Counted from the first letter of the stretch, positions 40,813 through 53,366 are shown. The stretch: DNA of 64,000 nucleotides from Lama guanicoe (GCA_013239625.1 MU053758.1:2294001-2358000), one strand, 5' to 3'. The notes: generated by a model not told the origin, from the letters alone. Program-made: numbers and translations.

Positions 40813-41525
40813 CATGTCCTCCTCACATTCTTCCACCAGAGAAGAGGCCCCCTGAGCCCCCCGGACCTCCACCGCCGCCACCTCCACCCCCTCTGGTTGA
40901 AGGCGATCTTTCCAGCGCCCCCCAGGAGTTGAACCCAGCCGTGACAGCCGCCTTGCTGCAACTTTTATCCCAGCCTGAAGCAGAGCCTCCTGGCCACCTG
41001 CCACATGAGCACCAGGCCTTGAGACCAATGGATTACTCCACCCGACCCCATCCCAACAGGACTTATGGAAACACTGATGGGCCTGAAACAGGGTTCAGTG
41101 CCACTGACACTGATGAACGCAACTCTGGTCCAGCCTTGACAGAATCCTTGGCCCAGACCCTGGTGAAGAACAGGACCTTCTCAGGCTCTGTGAGCCACCT
41201 TGGGGAGTCCAGCAGTTACCAGGGCACAGGGTCAGTGCAGTTCCCAGGTGACCAGGACCTCCGTTTTGCCAGGGTCCCCTTAGCATTACACTCAGTGGTC
41301 GGGCAACCATTCCTGAAGGCTGAGGGAAGCAGCAACTCTGTGGTACATGCAGAGACCAAATTGCAAAACTATGGGGAGCTGGGGCCAGGAACCACTGGGG
41401 CCAGCAGCTCAGGAGCAGGCCTTAACTGGGGGGCCCCAGCTCAATCTTCTGCTTATGGAAAACTCTATCGGGGGCCTACCAGAGTCCCTCCAAGAGGGGG
41501 AAGAGGGAGAGGAGTTCCTTACTAA
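40813..41525 (+). CDS. CDK12: CDK12 exon 14 coding part (alternative acceptor gives start 40840)
   Basis: ttccacag|CA; CPPHILPPEKRPPEPP...RGGRGRGVPY*; 713 nt. A second in-frame CAG acceptor lies 27 nt downstream. Confidence 0.97.
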
Positions 41526-43835
41526 CCCAGAGACTTCATTGTCTTCAAAGATTCCTTCCCTATCCATCCTTCCATCCAGTCCTCTGAACCTTTAATGAAA
41601 TCATTTGCCAGAGCGAGGTAATCATCTGCATTTGGCTACTGCAAAGCTGTCTGTTGTATTCCTTGCTCACTTGCTACTAGCAGGCGACTTATAAAATAGT
41701 GATGTTGGCACCAGTTCCCCCTGGATGGGATGGGCTATAGCTAGAACATTTACTTCAACTCTACCTAGTACATATAAGTAGAGAATGTGGAGAGGGTCAT
41801 TAAACTGAAAAGTAAATGTTTTATTAGTTCATTGCCTGCACTTCTTGAGCAGAAGAAAAAGAGAACAGTTTGAATTTTGAGATGGCTCAGGAGAGAGTCT
41901 GTTTAGGTTTTTAAAGTTTTGGGTTGTTTTTTTTTTTTTAATGGTTTCTTATTTTTGAATTTAGGTGGTTGTGTTTTTTTTGTTGTTGTTTTTTAAGAGA
42001 ATAATGTTCACAGAATTTGAGCTGCTCTTAGGCTTTTGCTATAAGGGAAACAGAGTGACTGGCAGATTTAAATAAATGTTTCCTTTTTCTCCACCATCTC
42101 ACATTTTTGCTTTCAAGTGAAAATGAACTCTTTTTGTCCCCCATTGAGCATCTTGAACATACCTTTTTTCCAAATAAATTGCTCATCCTTAAAGTTTGTT
42201 TCACTTTGAGAAAAGACATGCCCCCTCTCCCTGCACGTGAAGCAGGTTGTAGAAATTGGCATTCTTGGGCAAGTAGGTAGACTTTACCCTATCTCTTCCC
42301 TTTTTTACCCCAGCCTTATAGACTTTCTCTTTCTCTCTCTCTGTCTCTCTTTTTGAGGCATTTGTTTGGAAAAAATTAATTGTTGAGATGCCCAAGAACC
42401 TGGGATAAATCTTTACTTTTTTTGAAATAAAGGAAAGGAAATTCAAACTCCTATATTGTTCTCTGTAACTCTTCAATTCTGAAATGGGTTTTTGTTTTTT
42501 TTTTAAACCATGTTCTGATGGCGAAGTTGATTTATAGACAGCCTAGGGCATTGCTGCTGAGCTAGGGTTAGAGATGATGCCTCCATACCTAGAGGGCTAG
42601 TAAGAGCAGTTAGCATACTGTTTACACATATATTTTTATGTCAAAAAAGCCTTTGAAACAGAGCATTGTAATATTGTCAAAGAGAAAAAAAGTCCTGAAA
42701 ATACATGGAAATGTAACTTAGTTTAGGGTGGATATTTTTCTGAAGATGTATCACTACCTGAGACCTTTTTTAAAAAATAATTTTAAAAGAGCAGACCATG
42801 AGAAAGAACAGTATTGACATATACACATTTCAGCCTGTATACTCTGCCAATTCTTTTAGGGATTTTCCTCCAGAGAGATTTGATTTTGGTTTTAGTAAAA
42901 GGGGTTAAATTATGACTTCATGGCAAGAATTTTGCCTTATTATAAACAGGAAATGGAAGAGGGAAAGGCTTTCAGGGTGGGATAACTTGGGAGGCTTCTC
43001 ATTCTGGCTTCCATTTCTATGTGAGTACCAGCATATAATGTGTTTTAAAAACATACACATTTATATAAATTATCTGCACAGACTTAGACCTTTTGAGAAA
43101 CATAGGTTAGCCCCCTTTTATGAAGAAACAGCAAATATGCTTCAGCATCTTGGAGAATAGTTTTCAGAACACAAGTTTCATGTTCCAATGCCAAGTTCTT
43201 ATATTAAAAAATAAACACTACTTGTAAGAAAGGTGCACTAATAAAAAAAAAAAACCTTTAAAGAAATGAAAGAAGAATCCTCTTCTGATACTTACGTGAA
43301 GACTATTTTCCCCTGTTACTGAAATAGGCATATATCCGGTGTGTGTATTTCTTTATTATTCTCTGGGTTTTGGTCTGGCCTTGCCCTCAGGGCCAAACAT
43401 TGATTAAAAAGAACCTTCTGGCCATTTTGGCATTGATGGCTTTTTATACCAGTGTGTCCAATTAGATTTGCTAGGCTCACTGACATGCTATTGGTAAATT
43501 ACATTAAAGTTCATCTGAACCTTTTGTCTGTTGACTACTTAGTCTTCAGACATGGGCCTTTGTATCTTAGAATATTTGAATTTGAGGCATTGGGCCCCAC
43601 TCTCCCATTTTTTATTAAAGAATTTAAGCCTGGGATACTTTCGAAAGTATCCAGTGAAAAAAAATTGGTTTCCTAACAAATATGAATAAAACCTCCACAT
43701 ATTTTGATTGTATTTTGGTTATCAGCAGTCATCAATAATGTTTTTCCCTCCCCAACCCTTATTTTTAATTATGCCAAATATTCTAAATAATATACTTAAG
43801 TCTCCATTCCCCCATCCCTACTACTAGGGAAGGGG

Positions 43836-43873
43836 GTGAGTGTGTGTGTGAGTGTGTGTGTGTGTGTGTGTGT
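43836..43873. repeat. Interrupted (GT)n microsatellite in 3'UTR
   Basis: Read directly; the pure part is (GT)11 at 43852-43873. Confidence 0.95.
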
Positions 43874-44424
43874 AATCCCATCTCACCCCACCCTATTTTG
43901 GGAGTCTAATCTTTAAAGAGGAAAAAAGTTTGATAACTATTTCTAAAAGCAGAGGGACAAAGAAATTCATTTAAATATCCTGGAATCTGGGGAGGAAGAA
44001 AAGGTATTTGTTAATTTTCAGTTATGTTATCTATAAATGTGATGGAAGTAAAGTTTTGGCAGAATTTCTACTTGACTATCAGAAAATTACCAACCCAATT
44101 AATTATATTCAAATGTGGCTTTGGTTTTGTTTTAATTATTGTACCATGGGAGATATTAAGTCCATTAAATACATTATTTTGAACAGATGAGAAATCTGAT
44201 TCGCCTCCTGAATGAGAGGCAAAACTAGTTTGACCATGACCATTTTTGTGGTTTAGAAAACAAATTTGCTTGACCCAGTTTCCTTAGTTTTTTTCTTCAA
44301 CTGTCCATAGGAATGATAAGGATTTGAAAACATCAGATCTAGATGTTTAAAAGCAGGGCAGTTAGCACAGATTTGTAAGTAGGACTTCTGTTAATTTATG
44401 CCATAGGCATCATCCAACCACTTT

Positions 44425-44430
<6 letters not shown>

Positions 44431-44460
<30 letters not shown>
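44431..44460. repeat. (GT)15 microsatellite in 3'UTR
   Basis: Read directly. Confidence 0.95.
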
Positions 44461-44463
<3 letters not shown>

Positions 44464-44699
44464 ATATACATATATAGTTACAGTACTAAAATGGTTACCA
44501 GCAGGTTTTGAGAGAGAATGCTGCATCAGAAAAGTGTCAGTTGCCACCTCATCCTCCCTGATTTAGGTTTCTGACACTATGTTCCTTTCTCTCTCTTGTT
44601 TTTGCCCCCTATCGGGTTTACCTTGTCTATGTACAGATATTTTGTAATATATTAAATTTTTTCTTTCAGTTTATAAAAATGGAAAATGGAGATTGGAAA

Positions 44700-44705
44700 A
44701 TTAAA
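44700..44705 (+). terminator. Probable distal polyadenylation signal ATTAAA
   Basis: Preceded by TGTA elements (~44630-44646) and followed by U-rich sequence. Resembles the recalled end of human CDK12 mRNA. Confidence 0.55.
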
Positions 44706-47700
44706 TATTTCCTGTTACTATACCACTTTTGCTCCATTGCATTTACTTCTTAATCTGTACCCTTTGAGCAGATTTAATTATGTATAGAGGGCATTTTTCC
44801 TCCACTTTATCCTAAGGGTTCTTTGTCTCAGAATCTCTGTAGACCTATAAATCACCCAAAAAAAAAAAAAAAAAAGGTTCTCAGGTTTCAAGGAGGTGCT
44901 TCAAAACACTAGACTAGGAACTAGAGAATAAAGAGTTGGGGGAAACCATAACATGTGATTTTTAAAAGCAGAAAAACAGCTGTACAAAAGTAATACGGTG
45001 CCAGGCCAGCAAAAGGGTTGAGCTTCATGTACCCTGACTCCTCCTGAAAGGAGAGGTAAGTGGGTTTGAGCTCAACTGTCGTCCAGAGAAGTTGGTAAGA
45101 GGCTGTTCAGACCAAAAAATAGTCTCTTAAATCAGAAACCTCACCCCCACACCAGTTCCTGTGCTGCCATGAGTAGGGTCAGCATGGGGATGGATTAGTG
45201 TTCCTAGCTCTGTTGAGATTTCCTGATGTATTGCCAATCCAGGAAGTAAGTCAGAGTTCATAAGGGTAAAATTCCTATTGTCTCCAAAATCTTTTCCTGT
45301 CTCCACATGAGGAGAAAATTGCTTTCTCTTTTTCATGGCTTAGGACACTGAGGACTAACCTTTCCCTTGTAGTATGTGCTGCAATCCTGCTAGTTATGAC
45401 ATAAGTAGACAGAGAATAGGTGGGAAAAAAAGGCATCAGGAGACAGGAAGAGGAGATAGGTATCAGAAAGTTGTGAGTGGGGTGAGCAATCATGCAAGGT
45501 TAAGGGGTACACCAGAACATGGAAATTAGGAAGAAATCCAATTCAAAAATGTGATGAGGCTTGCCAGCTTGTTTCTGAATCCCCACTGTTTAAGTATGAT
45601 GTTCCCTCGTCTGTGGGCTGTTGTGTCTTTACCCAGGAGAATGGAGAGCTCAAGATTGTTCCAATTCCTGGAGTCCTGTGTTCCTGGTTAGCCTCCAGAG
45701 AAAAGGAATTCATTTTGATCTGTATATATTGCAAATTCATGACCAGGAGTGTGAACTTAACCTATTAGAGAATATTGTTTCCACTTCATAGCAATAACTG
45801 TCTTCAATTCTGAGCCTAAAGGCTGAGGACCTAACTAACCTGGACTTTTTTTCTGTCGCACTCAAAGCTATTTCTAACTAAAAGCCAGTGTTCAGTACCT
45901 TAAATTTCTTAGGCGCTATCTTTTCCTAGACAGGCATCCTTAGCTGTGTGGTAAGGTTAATGCCTCAAGAAAGTTAACAGTTAATGTTCTAGATGCTTAA
46001 CTGGGATTTCATTGTTACTAAAGATTGCCCCATAGCTTGACTTTTTTTTTTTAGGTATTGAGTTACTTCTCTTCACAACTTAGTCATCCTGAAGGGCTAG
46101 GTAGACTGGAAGAGGACAGTTTAAGTGAGTAAATATTTAAACATTCCAAGGGAGAAGTGGAACTGCTGTCTTACAGTTGTCCTGAGAGGCAAGGTGAGCA
46201 TTCCTGGACACTTTGGTTAATTTTGCTGTCCAGGTGTGACGTTTCTCATCTGTAGGAACACTTCTAGTGTTCCTGTATAGCCTTAGGAGTACTCTCAAGT
46301 GCGAGTTTACTCCAAGCCAGGGTTGACAGACTTTAGGGGAAGTGTGACACCTGAAGGAATTACTGGTGGTTCTCTACCACTCCTCAACATGTGCAGCTGT
46401 CTCTCCATCTCCTGTCCACCCACTCCCTTTCATTTTCTATTTTTCTCTTTTCTCCCCACTCACTACCCAACTCACATGCTTTAGACCTACCAGAAATAGT
46501 GATTGCTTAACCCTGCAGGGTATTTAGAGTTATTGCTGCTTCATAGTTTTGAAGGGTAATGAGGAGCAGTTCAGGAAATAAATGTCTATTCCAGATCCTC
46601 AACGAATGGGATGAGAGGTGAAGGAGAAGGCAGAATAACTGACTCTTACTGCTAACAGCTATGAGAGGAGCTTTTAAGTTAACGTTGTATGGGGTATGAG
46701 AGATTCTTTTACTGGTCTAGGAAAGTCTCAACCTTCACTTCCTCATCCTCTTCCCTTATATCTTAAGACTTGCTTTTGCTGATTTTTAAACTCAGTTGCA
46801 GATGTTGTCTATGGGAAGTAAAGCTTGGTGAGACAGGGGCCCTGATATCCATGAGAAAGCAGATGAAGGCTGCTTTGATGCCCTAGAGATTAATCACTAG
46901 GTTGCCAAAACACTTGACCGCTGGATTGCTCTCATATCTCTATTTCAAGAATTGGTAGTCCAAGGCTGAGAGAAAGAGGCTAATATACAGGTAGTTTTGA
47001 AAACTCTCTAGGTAGGTAGTTGTTGGTGAAACTTCCTCAATATGCAGTCCTCAGCCACATCATACTCCTCTGGAATGAGAGGGTATGGCCATGAAGTAAA
47101 TTTATTTCCCTAAGACCTAGAAATAGATGGATTTTTGGATGTTTTGCGCTGGCATGGTTGTAACCTGAAGATAATGTTGATAGTTCTGTAGGGATGAAGG
47201 ACATTTTATCCAAGCCACACCATCCCTAAGGTAGGTAGCATGGAGGGATCTTTAAAAGGCTACAGTGTGGCAGTCACCCAAGTGAAGAGCAAAGCCTGGG
47301 TCTTTGAGAGTATCTTGTCTTTAGATTAAGGAGCCTATCTGATGGGTTGTCTCAAAGAGAAGATCCTTCTCCTTCCTGTGTCTCGGAACTACAATAGTGC
47401 CTAATGAGGAACACCCTTGGTGAGGATCAGCTTGTAGATGGACAACCTTCCCCACCAAGGCTAATGCAATTTTAAATGCTTTCAGCCCTGTGGAAAAGAG
47501 ACTGAATCCAGAGACCTAGAGAAAGCTTAGGAGCCTGATCCCTTTTATAAATTCAGGAACTTGTAAGTTTGGCCTTGTACCAGTATTTGCAATTTCAGTT
47601 AGGGGACCGAAGTTCCCATAAATGAAGCAACATGAGAAGGAGACGGAAATAAGGGAAAGGAAGGAGAACTAGAGGAGACTGGTAGTGGGGCTGCAGAAAG

Positions 47701-48208
47701 AGACAGTCTATAGATACTTATCAAGAAGAGAGAGGGATATAAGAGTGGAAGGAAAAATGGTTGTGATAGTGAAAGGGGATAATTGCCTTAAAAATTCACC
47801 ATTCATTTTGAGGAGGCCCCATTAAAGAGTAAAGTGTCCCCTTGATTATAGTAGTGTTATCTTTATGGTTGGAGAATGGGTTCAAACCCTTAAGCTAGGG
47901 GATGCTATGAAGACAGTTTCACTAGGGAAGTTAGATTATATTAAGCAAGTACACTTACACAAGGTCATTTTGCTTGGCACTGCTATCTACATATTTCAAG
48001 AATAAGGAGGGAATATATGTACACAGCAAGCCGAAAGTTATTTGCATTTTTGGAGTTCTAAAACTCCCCTGCAAGTGTTTTTTTGTTGTTGTTTTAAGTC
48101 AGTCTGGAAACTAATAACATTCCTCTCCCCTTCATTTTAGATCCAGGTGAGGGTAATGCATAGGAGAGCAAACAAACCAGAATGAGTGAATTAGAGTCAC
48201 AGAATATT

Positions 48209-48538
48209 TTTAATATATTTTTATTGAAGTACAGTCAGTTTACAATGTTGTATCAATTTCTGGTGTCCAGCACAATATTTCAGTCACATAGGAACATGTA
48301 TACATTTGTTCTTTTTTGTTCTTTCTATTTTTGTTGGGGGTGGGTAATTAGGTTTACTCATTTATCTGTTTTTGATAGAGGTACTAGAGATTGAACCCAG
48401 GACCTTGTAATGCTAAGAATGTGCTCTACCACTGAGCTATACCCCCGCCCATACATTTGTTCTCATAGTCTTCTTCACCATAGGTTACTGCAAGATACTG
48501 AATATGGTTCCCTGTGCTATACAATATAAAGTTGTTGT
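48209..48538 (-). mobile_element. 5'-truncated L1 3' end, interrupted by a SINE
   Basis: ttttattgaagtacagtcagtttacaatgttg...ttccctgtgctataca; perfect TSD ttagagtcacagaatatt at 48191 and 48539. Confidence 0.9.
48313..48450 (-). mobile_element. tRNA-derived SINE (vic-1-like) nested in L1
   Basis: Perfect TSD atacatttgttct at 48300 and 48451. Confidence 0.92.
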
Positions 48539-49649
48539 TTAGAGTCACAGAATATTAGAGCTATGAAAGGATGTTAGTTTGTCTAGTTCAGTGCCATCGT
48601 TGGCCAGTTAAAAAACAGGCCCAGAAAGGTTGAGAAAGTGTTGAGAGGAAGAAGGGAGAGAATAGGAAACTAACAATCTCTGGAGCCTACTATGTGTCAG
48701 GTACTACACATAGCAGTAACTTTGCTTTTATAATCTTGATTATTAAGCACCTTGAGGCTAAGGGATGGAAAGAATGAAAGGCAAATCCTTACTGTCTTGA
48801 GCACTGTGTAGGAGATAAAGGGGAGTGGCATATCATTTTTTCCTGTCTAATCACACAGGGCTAAACTAGAGGAAGTGGAGCCAGCATTTGAGAGTGAGGT
48901 TAATCTAAGGAAATACTTGCTAAATAGTTGAGAGAGACTAATGAATAACTTCTCTTTTCCTAGGGACCTTCTAAAAATGTGATAGTCAGAGGTAGGCTAG
49001 AGGCAAGCCCGGTAGGGAACAAGATTACTGTTGGCTCTGGGATTGATTTGCATTCTAGAAAATCAGGTCACGACCTGAGAATATGGGGTTAATCTTAGAA
49101 ATAGAGAACAAAATGGGCTTTTCATCCTAAGAGGTCTTCAAAGAAAATAACGTTTATATGCTATGAATTAAGGAAATAAACAAAATCCTTTGGTGACTAT
49201 GCTTTAAAAATTTTTTTTTGTTTTAGGTTTTTGCTTTGTAACACATTTTGAAGTCATGAAACAATTTGTAATTTTGGAAAGACTCAATGCCAAGTTCAAT
49301 GTTGGTAAGGGCAGGTGACAGCCTGAAAATTGACATTGGGAATAAGATTGTCTTTCTTGTAGTTGTTTGATGTGATATTCCAAAAGTTATGCCATGAGGG
49401 CTGCTTCCATGGGAGCAATAATACCATTAGCTGAGTCATGTCCCAAGTACATAGCAACTTCTAGGTAAGATTATGGGAGGGTCCCGCCTTTAGGAAGTTT
49501 CTGGGTCTAGTAAGAGATGACTGTTATATCTGGGTGGGAAGTGGGGAATTGGTATTTATAAGTCAGCACATTAATGCAGATTATAAAAGAAAATGAAATA
49601 GTAACCTAGCATAGAGGGACCCAAAGCAAAGAAATAATCAGAAAAACTA

Positions 49650-50130
49650 GAGTTAACCAGAAAAGATGCTTTGAATTAATGAAGATAGAAGACATGGAAT
49701 AGAAGAGAGGAAGGTGATCGGAGGGAGAAGACTTATGGAAAGTTTATGTGTTTTGTGCAGAGGTCTATGAATGGAGTAGTCAGTGTAGTACGGGAAAGGA
49801 ACATTAGGAAAAGAAGTTGAAAGTTGGAAGAGCAATCTTGTTGGCCTGAATGAGGAATTTGAATTTAATTTGGTAAGCACTAACGGAGCAGAGCATGATG
49901 AAGTGAATATGATGTTGAGGACTGTTGCAGCTGTACTGGGTCAAGGAAGCAGGAAAGCTTGCTAGGATAGTATTGTTCTTGTCCAGATGTGAGGCCCTAA
50001 GGGCCTGCACTAGAGTAAGACAAGGCGAATGAGAAGAAAGGAGGTGGGTCAATAGAATTAGCAAGGCTTGATGATAGTTTGGATGTGAGGGGAGGAATAA
50101 AAGGTAGGTGGAAGATGATAACCCCAGGAC
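49650..50130 (-). mobile_element. Degenerate L2 fragment
   Basis: gaggaatttgaatttaatttggtaagca...gtccagatgtgag...ggatgtgagggg, typical antisense L2. Confidence 0.5.
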
Positions 50131-51419
50131 ATGTTTATGCTGTTGATGCTGATGAGAACTTGGAAAGAGGCGGCTGCTTTGTTTTTAAAAAGTGGAAAGT
50201 GTTTACCAACTGGTGGGATATGTCTGTGTTCAGTATTGCAGAGTCTAGGAGGGGCACTACCCCTGAAAATAGTTGAGCATGTGCTGTGTGCCCAGATGAT
50301 CACCTGCACTATGCGTTTTTCACTGGAGAACCAGGTGAAAGAAAGTTTTGTCCTGGGGCGCACCCATGGACTTCCAAGAATACTATCCCTCTCTGGATCT
50401 GGGAAAGAAAATACAGTTTCTTCCCCTTTAATGCTTTGAAAATGGGATATGACTAGCCTGTGGCAGCATGTGCCTGTGGATGCACAATTCTCTGGCTTGA
50501 CTGTTGGAAGGCCTTTTTCTGTCCCTCCCTGGGGGTCATTTGTATCTCTGGTTCCTGCTCCCAGAGCCATAAAGTGGGAGCCCCCATTTATTAATTGGGT
50601 TGGGACTGGGGAGGGGGTCGGCGGGGGACTCTTTAGTGCAGCAGGCGGGGGTCTTCCCGAATGAGCCCATTAGCCAGCCCCAACGGCAGCTGAAACGGGG
50701 CCGCAGCCAAGTCCTCTCCGTTTCAAAAACCCTCCATCGCCTGCAGCAGATCAGAACAAGGCCTGCGGGAGCCCTTAGCTTCTGATTGCAGCTGTGAGGA
50801 AGGACAAAACAATTTATAGGAAGCCAAGTAGCTCCTGTCTCACTGTCTCTTCCTTTCTGACTTTGGGAAGGGGGAAGACTGGGATGTGGTATCCCCTCCC
50901 ACTATAGTTTCTTACAAGGCACGTATAGGCCTGAAGTAGGAGAGAAGAATGAGTGTGTATGCATTGACTGGGCACTTATGCCTGTGCTCTGGAAGTGTTT
51001 ACACATGTCCTTGCTTTCTTCTTCCATCCACACACAGTTGTATTGGTCAAGCAGTCACTAGTTATATGGGATTCCCTAGGGTAAGGCCAAGTGTGTGCTC
51101 AGACGCTTAAACAGTCTAAGTTGTGTGTTGGTGGGGGGCGGACATGCTTATCGTACTCTTTTCTGCCTCATACCTGCTTTAGCTCCTATCTGCTTTGTCA
51201 AGATTCAAGGTTAAAGTTAGATCACTTTCTCAACACCTTTTCTTCATAATAAAAGGAGTTTGGCATTTAAAGGAAGGCCTCCTACCCACACTCACTTGTT
51301 TGTCCCTTCAGTTAACAGCTACAGGGGAGCTTCTTTAAGCAGTGGCCCAGAGACAAAGGTGTGAAGGGCAGGGAATGTCTCACTTCCTGAAGGAAGGACA
51401 CTTGTGTTTTCTCCCTGAG

Positions 51420-51580
51420 AGAATCACAGATGGCCAGAGCTAGATAGTGAACTAAAGACCACCTAGTTCAACCTCTCAGTTTACAGAGCAGGAAACAGGT
51501 TTAGGGAAGGGAACTGTCTTGCCCAAAGTCTCACAGTGAGTTAGTGGCAGCTGGTCAAGACTAGAATCCAAAAGTCCAAA
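51420..51580 (-). mobile_element. MIR SINE
   Basis: ttttacagagcaggaaacagg...cttgcccaaagtctcacagtgagttagtggcag. Confidence 0.75.
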
Positions 51581-53331
51581 ATCTTAACCTATTGGATATA
51601 GAGTCTCCAATCTTAAGATCACCAATTCCTGACAGCCCTGTGCTTTCTCAAGAAAGGAAATTAGGGTTGTGAGATTTTGAGGGGAGAAGGACAGATTGAG
51701 GGGTAAAGTTAGGCTTAAAAAATTAGTAGAAAAACTGAGAAGCGTTACATATTTTTGCCTCAAAGACTAATCTTCCAATGGCATGCAAATTATACAAATG
51801 TGATTTTTATTTAGGGTCAAGAGCTCTGTCTGGTTCATTGGGAAGGGAAACAAGTGGCAGCCATAGCCAAATATCCTGACGCCTCAGAGATACCCCATGG
51901 TTTGCGGAGTTCTTTGCTACCATCTCTGGGGGTTGGGCAGCAAGAAAGGATCCTCAGAGGCACTGTGAGGAATTTACCCTAAATCTCAATCCACGCTCCT
52001 TTGCATTACAATGTAGCTATATTGAAAAACAAAATATGAAGGGAGGAAGAAAACATCTCACCTTCTGGGAAACTAAGGAGAGTTATAAGAGAAGGGATTG
52101 TAGAACTCTGAGTTAAATGAGACATTCTCTGAGATTTCAGACAAATTGTGGGGGTACCTCTACCCTTCTCCTTTGTTTTTTTAGTTTTGAGTTGTTGGTT
52201 TTCTTCTTTGATGAGGCAGAAGGAAGGTGGTGTGCTCTATAGTAACCCAAACCCTAAAAAGTGTGCTCAGTGGGCTGACATGCATGGTGGGTTCTGAAGT
52301 CATCTCACTCTGGTGCTGAGACTCCCTTCACCTCTTTGGACTTCTCCCAGATTTTTCTACAGTCCCATCCAATGCTTATTTTCTGAGCATGTGAGTCTGG
52401 GAGCCACTGCTGAGCCTGGAGGTATTGGAGGGAGAAAGGCACCTCTGGGCGGCTTAGAGAGAGAATTATGGGTCTAGGTCAGCGGGGCAGGGGAGTTGCA
52501 AAATAAGCATTGACTGCTGACAAAGAAATAGATCCTAGTACATATCCTTCACATTTTGTCCATCACACCCTAATTGATAGCACAGGAAGCATGTGGAGTT
52601 TGGTCCCCATGCAGATTCATCCCTATACAGGGAATGTATAATAGACCTACTTGCCCAAATTGCATCAAGTCTGCTGTCCTGCAAACTTTTCTGACTCAGA
52701 GGACTTTTTTCTGGCCTCCAAGTCTTTCCTGAAGAAGCTGTTTTGGACAAGCTTCAAATACAAGCTGATTATCTGATTTAAAGCTAGATGGCTTCCTTTG
52801 AGTCACCTTCTTGCATTAACTTTGCATTAACCTCGAACTTTCATTGCCCTTTATAGTTCTGGGTTTCACAGCTTCTATTTCTATTGAGTTCCTAACTTGT
52901 CTCTTAAGTATAGGAAGCATGTTTTTTACTTTTATCAGGCTGGGAGCTAGATATCTGGACATAGGAATCTTAGAACACTTAAAACTCTTCGGGAGCATAA
53001 TTAAGGTTCATCTGAATCCTTCTCAGCTCTGTGAATTCAGATTTGAGGAAATTAGAAGAGTGGTGACCATCGCCATCACTTTACCTACCAAGGCCATGTT
53101 CCCTGGGTGAAAGACCAAAGAGCCTCTTTGGTATCTAGTCCTTTGTTTCATGTCTAATATAACCTGTCATTTTCCTTTACAGGTGGCAGCAGCAGCAGGA
53201 GGGATGTCCTCTGAGGAATTTGGTAATGTCCATCAGTCACCTGACGTCTGGAGCCCTGGCAGATTTAGTCTCTTTCACAGACTCTAAATCCAGGTAGGGA
53301 CCTAAGGCCCTCTGTCCTGTTTTTGTAAGGG

Positions 53332-53334
<3 letters not shown>

Positions 53335-53364
<30 letters not shown>
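53335..53364. repeat. (CA)15 microsatellite
   Basis: Read directly. Confidence 0.95.

Positions 53365-53366
<2 letters not shown>

Larger units (their letters stand above)
41526..44740 (+). other. CDK12: CDK12 long 3'UTR (end approximate)
   Basis: Nearly free of interspersed repeats and U-rich, with several AATAAA (42071, 42173, 42426, 43210, 43240, 43685) and distal ATTAAA (44651, 44700). Confidence 0.7.

Noticed and set aside
44857..44875. A-run just downstream of the 3'UTR as a sign of a processed pseudogene or transcript end
   Set aside because: A genomic mononucleotide run in an intron-containing gene; at most an internal-priming artefact site.
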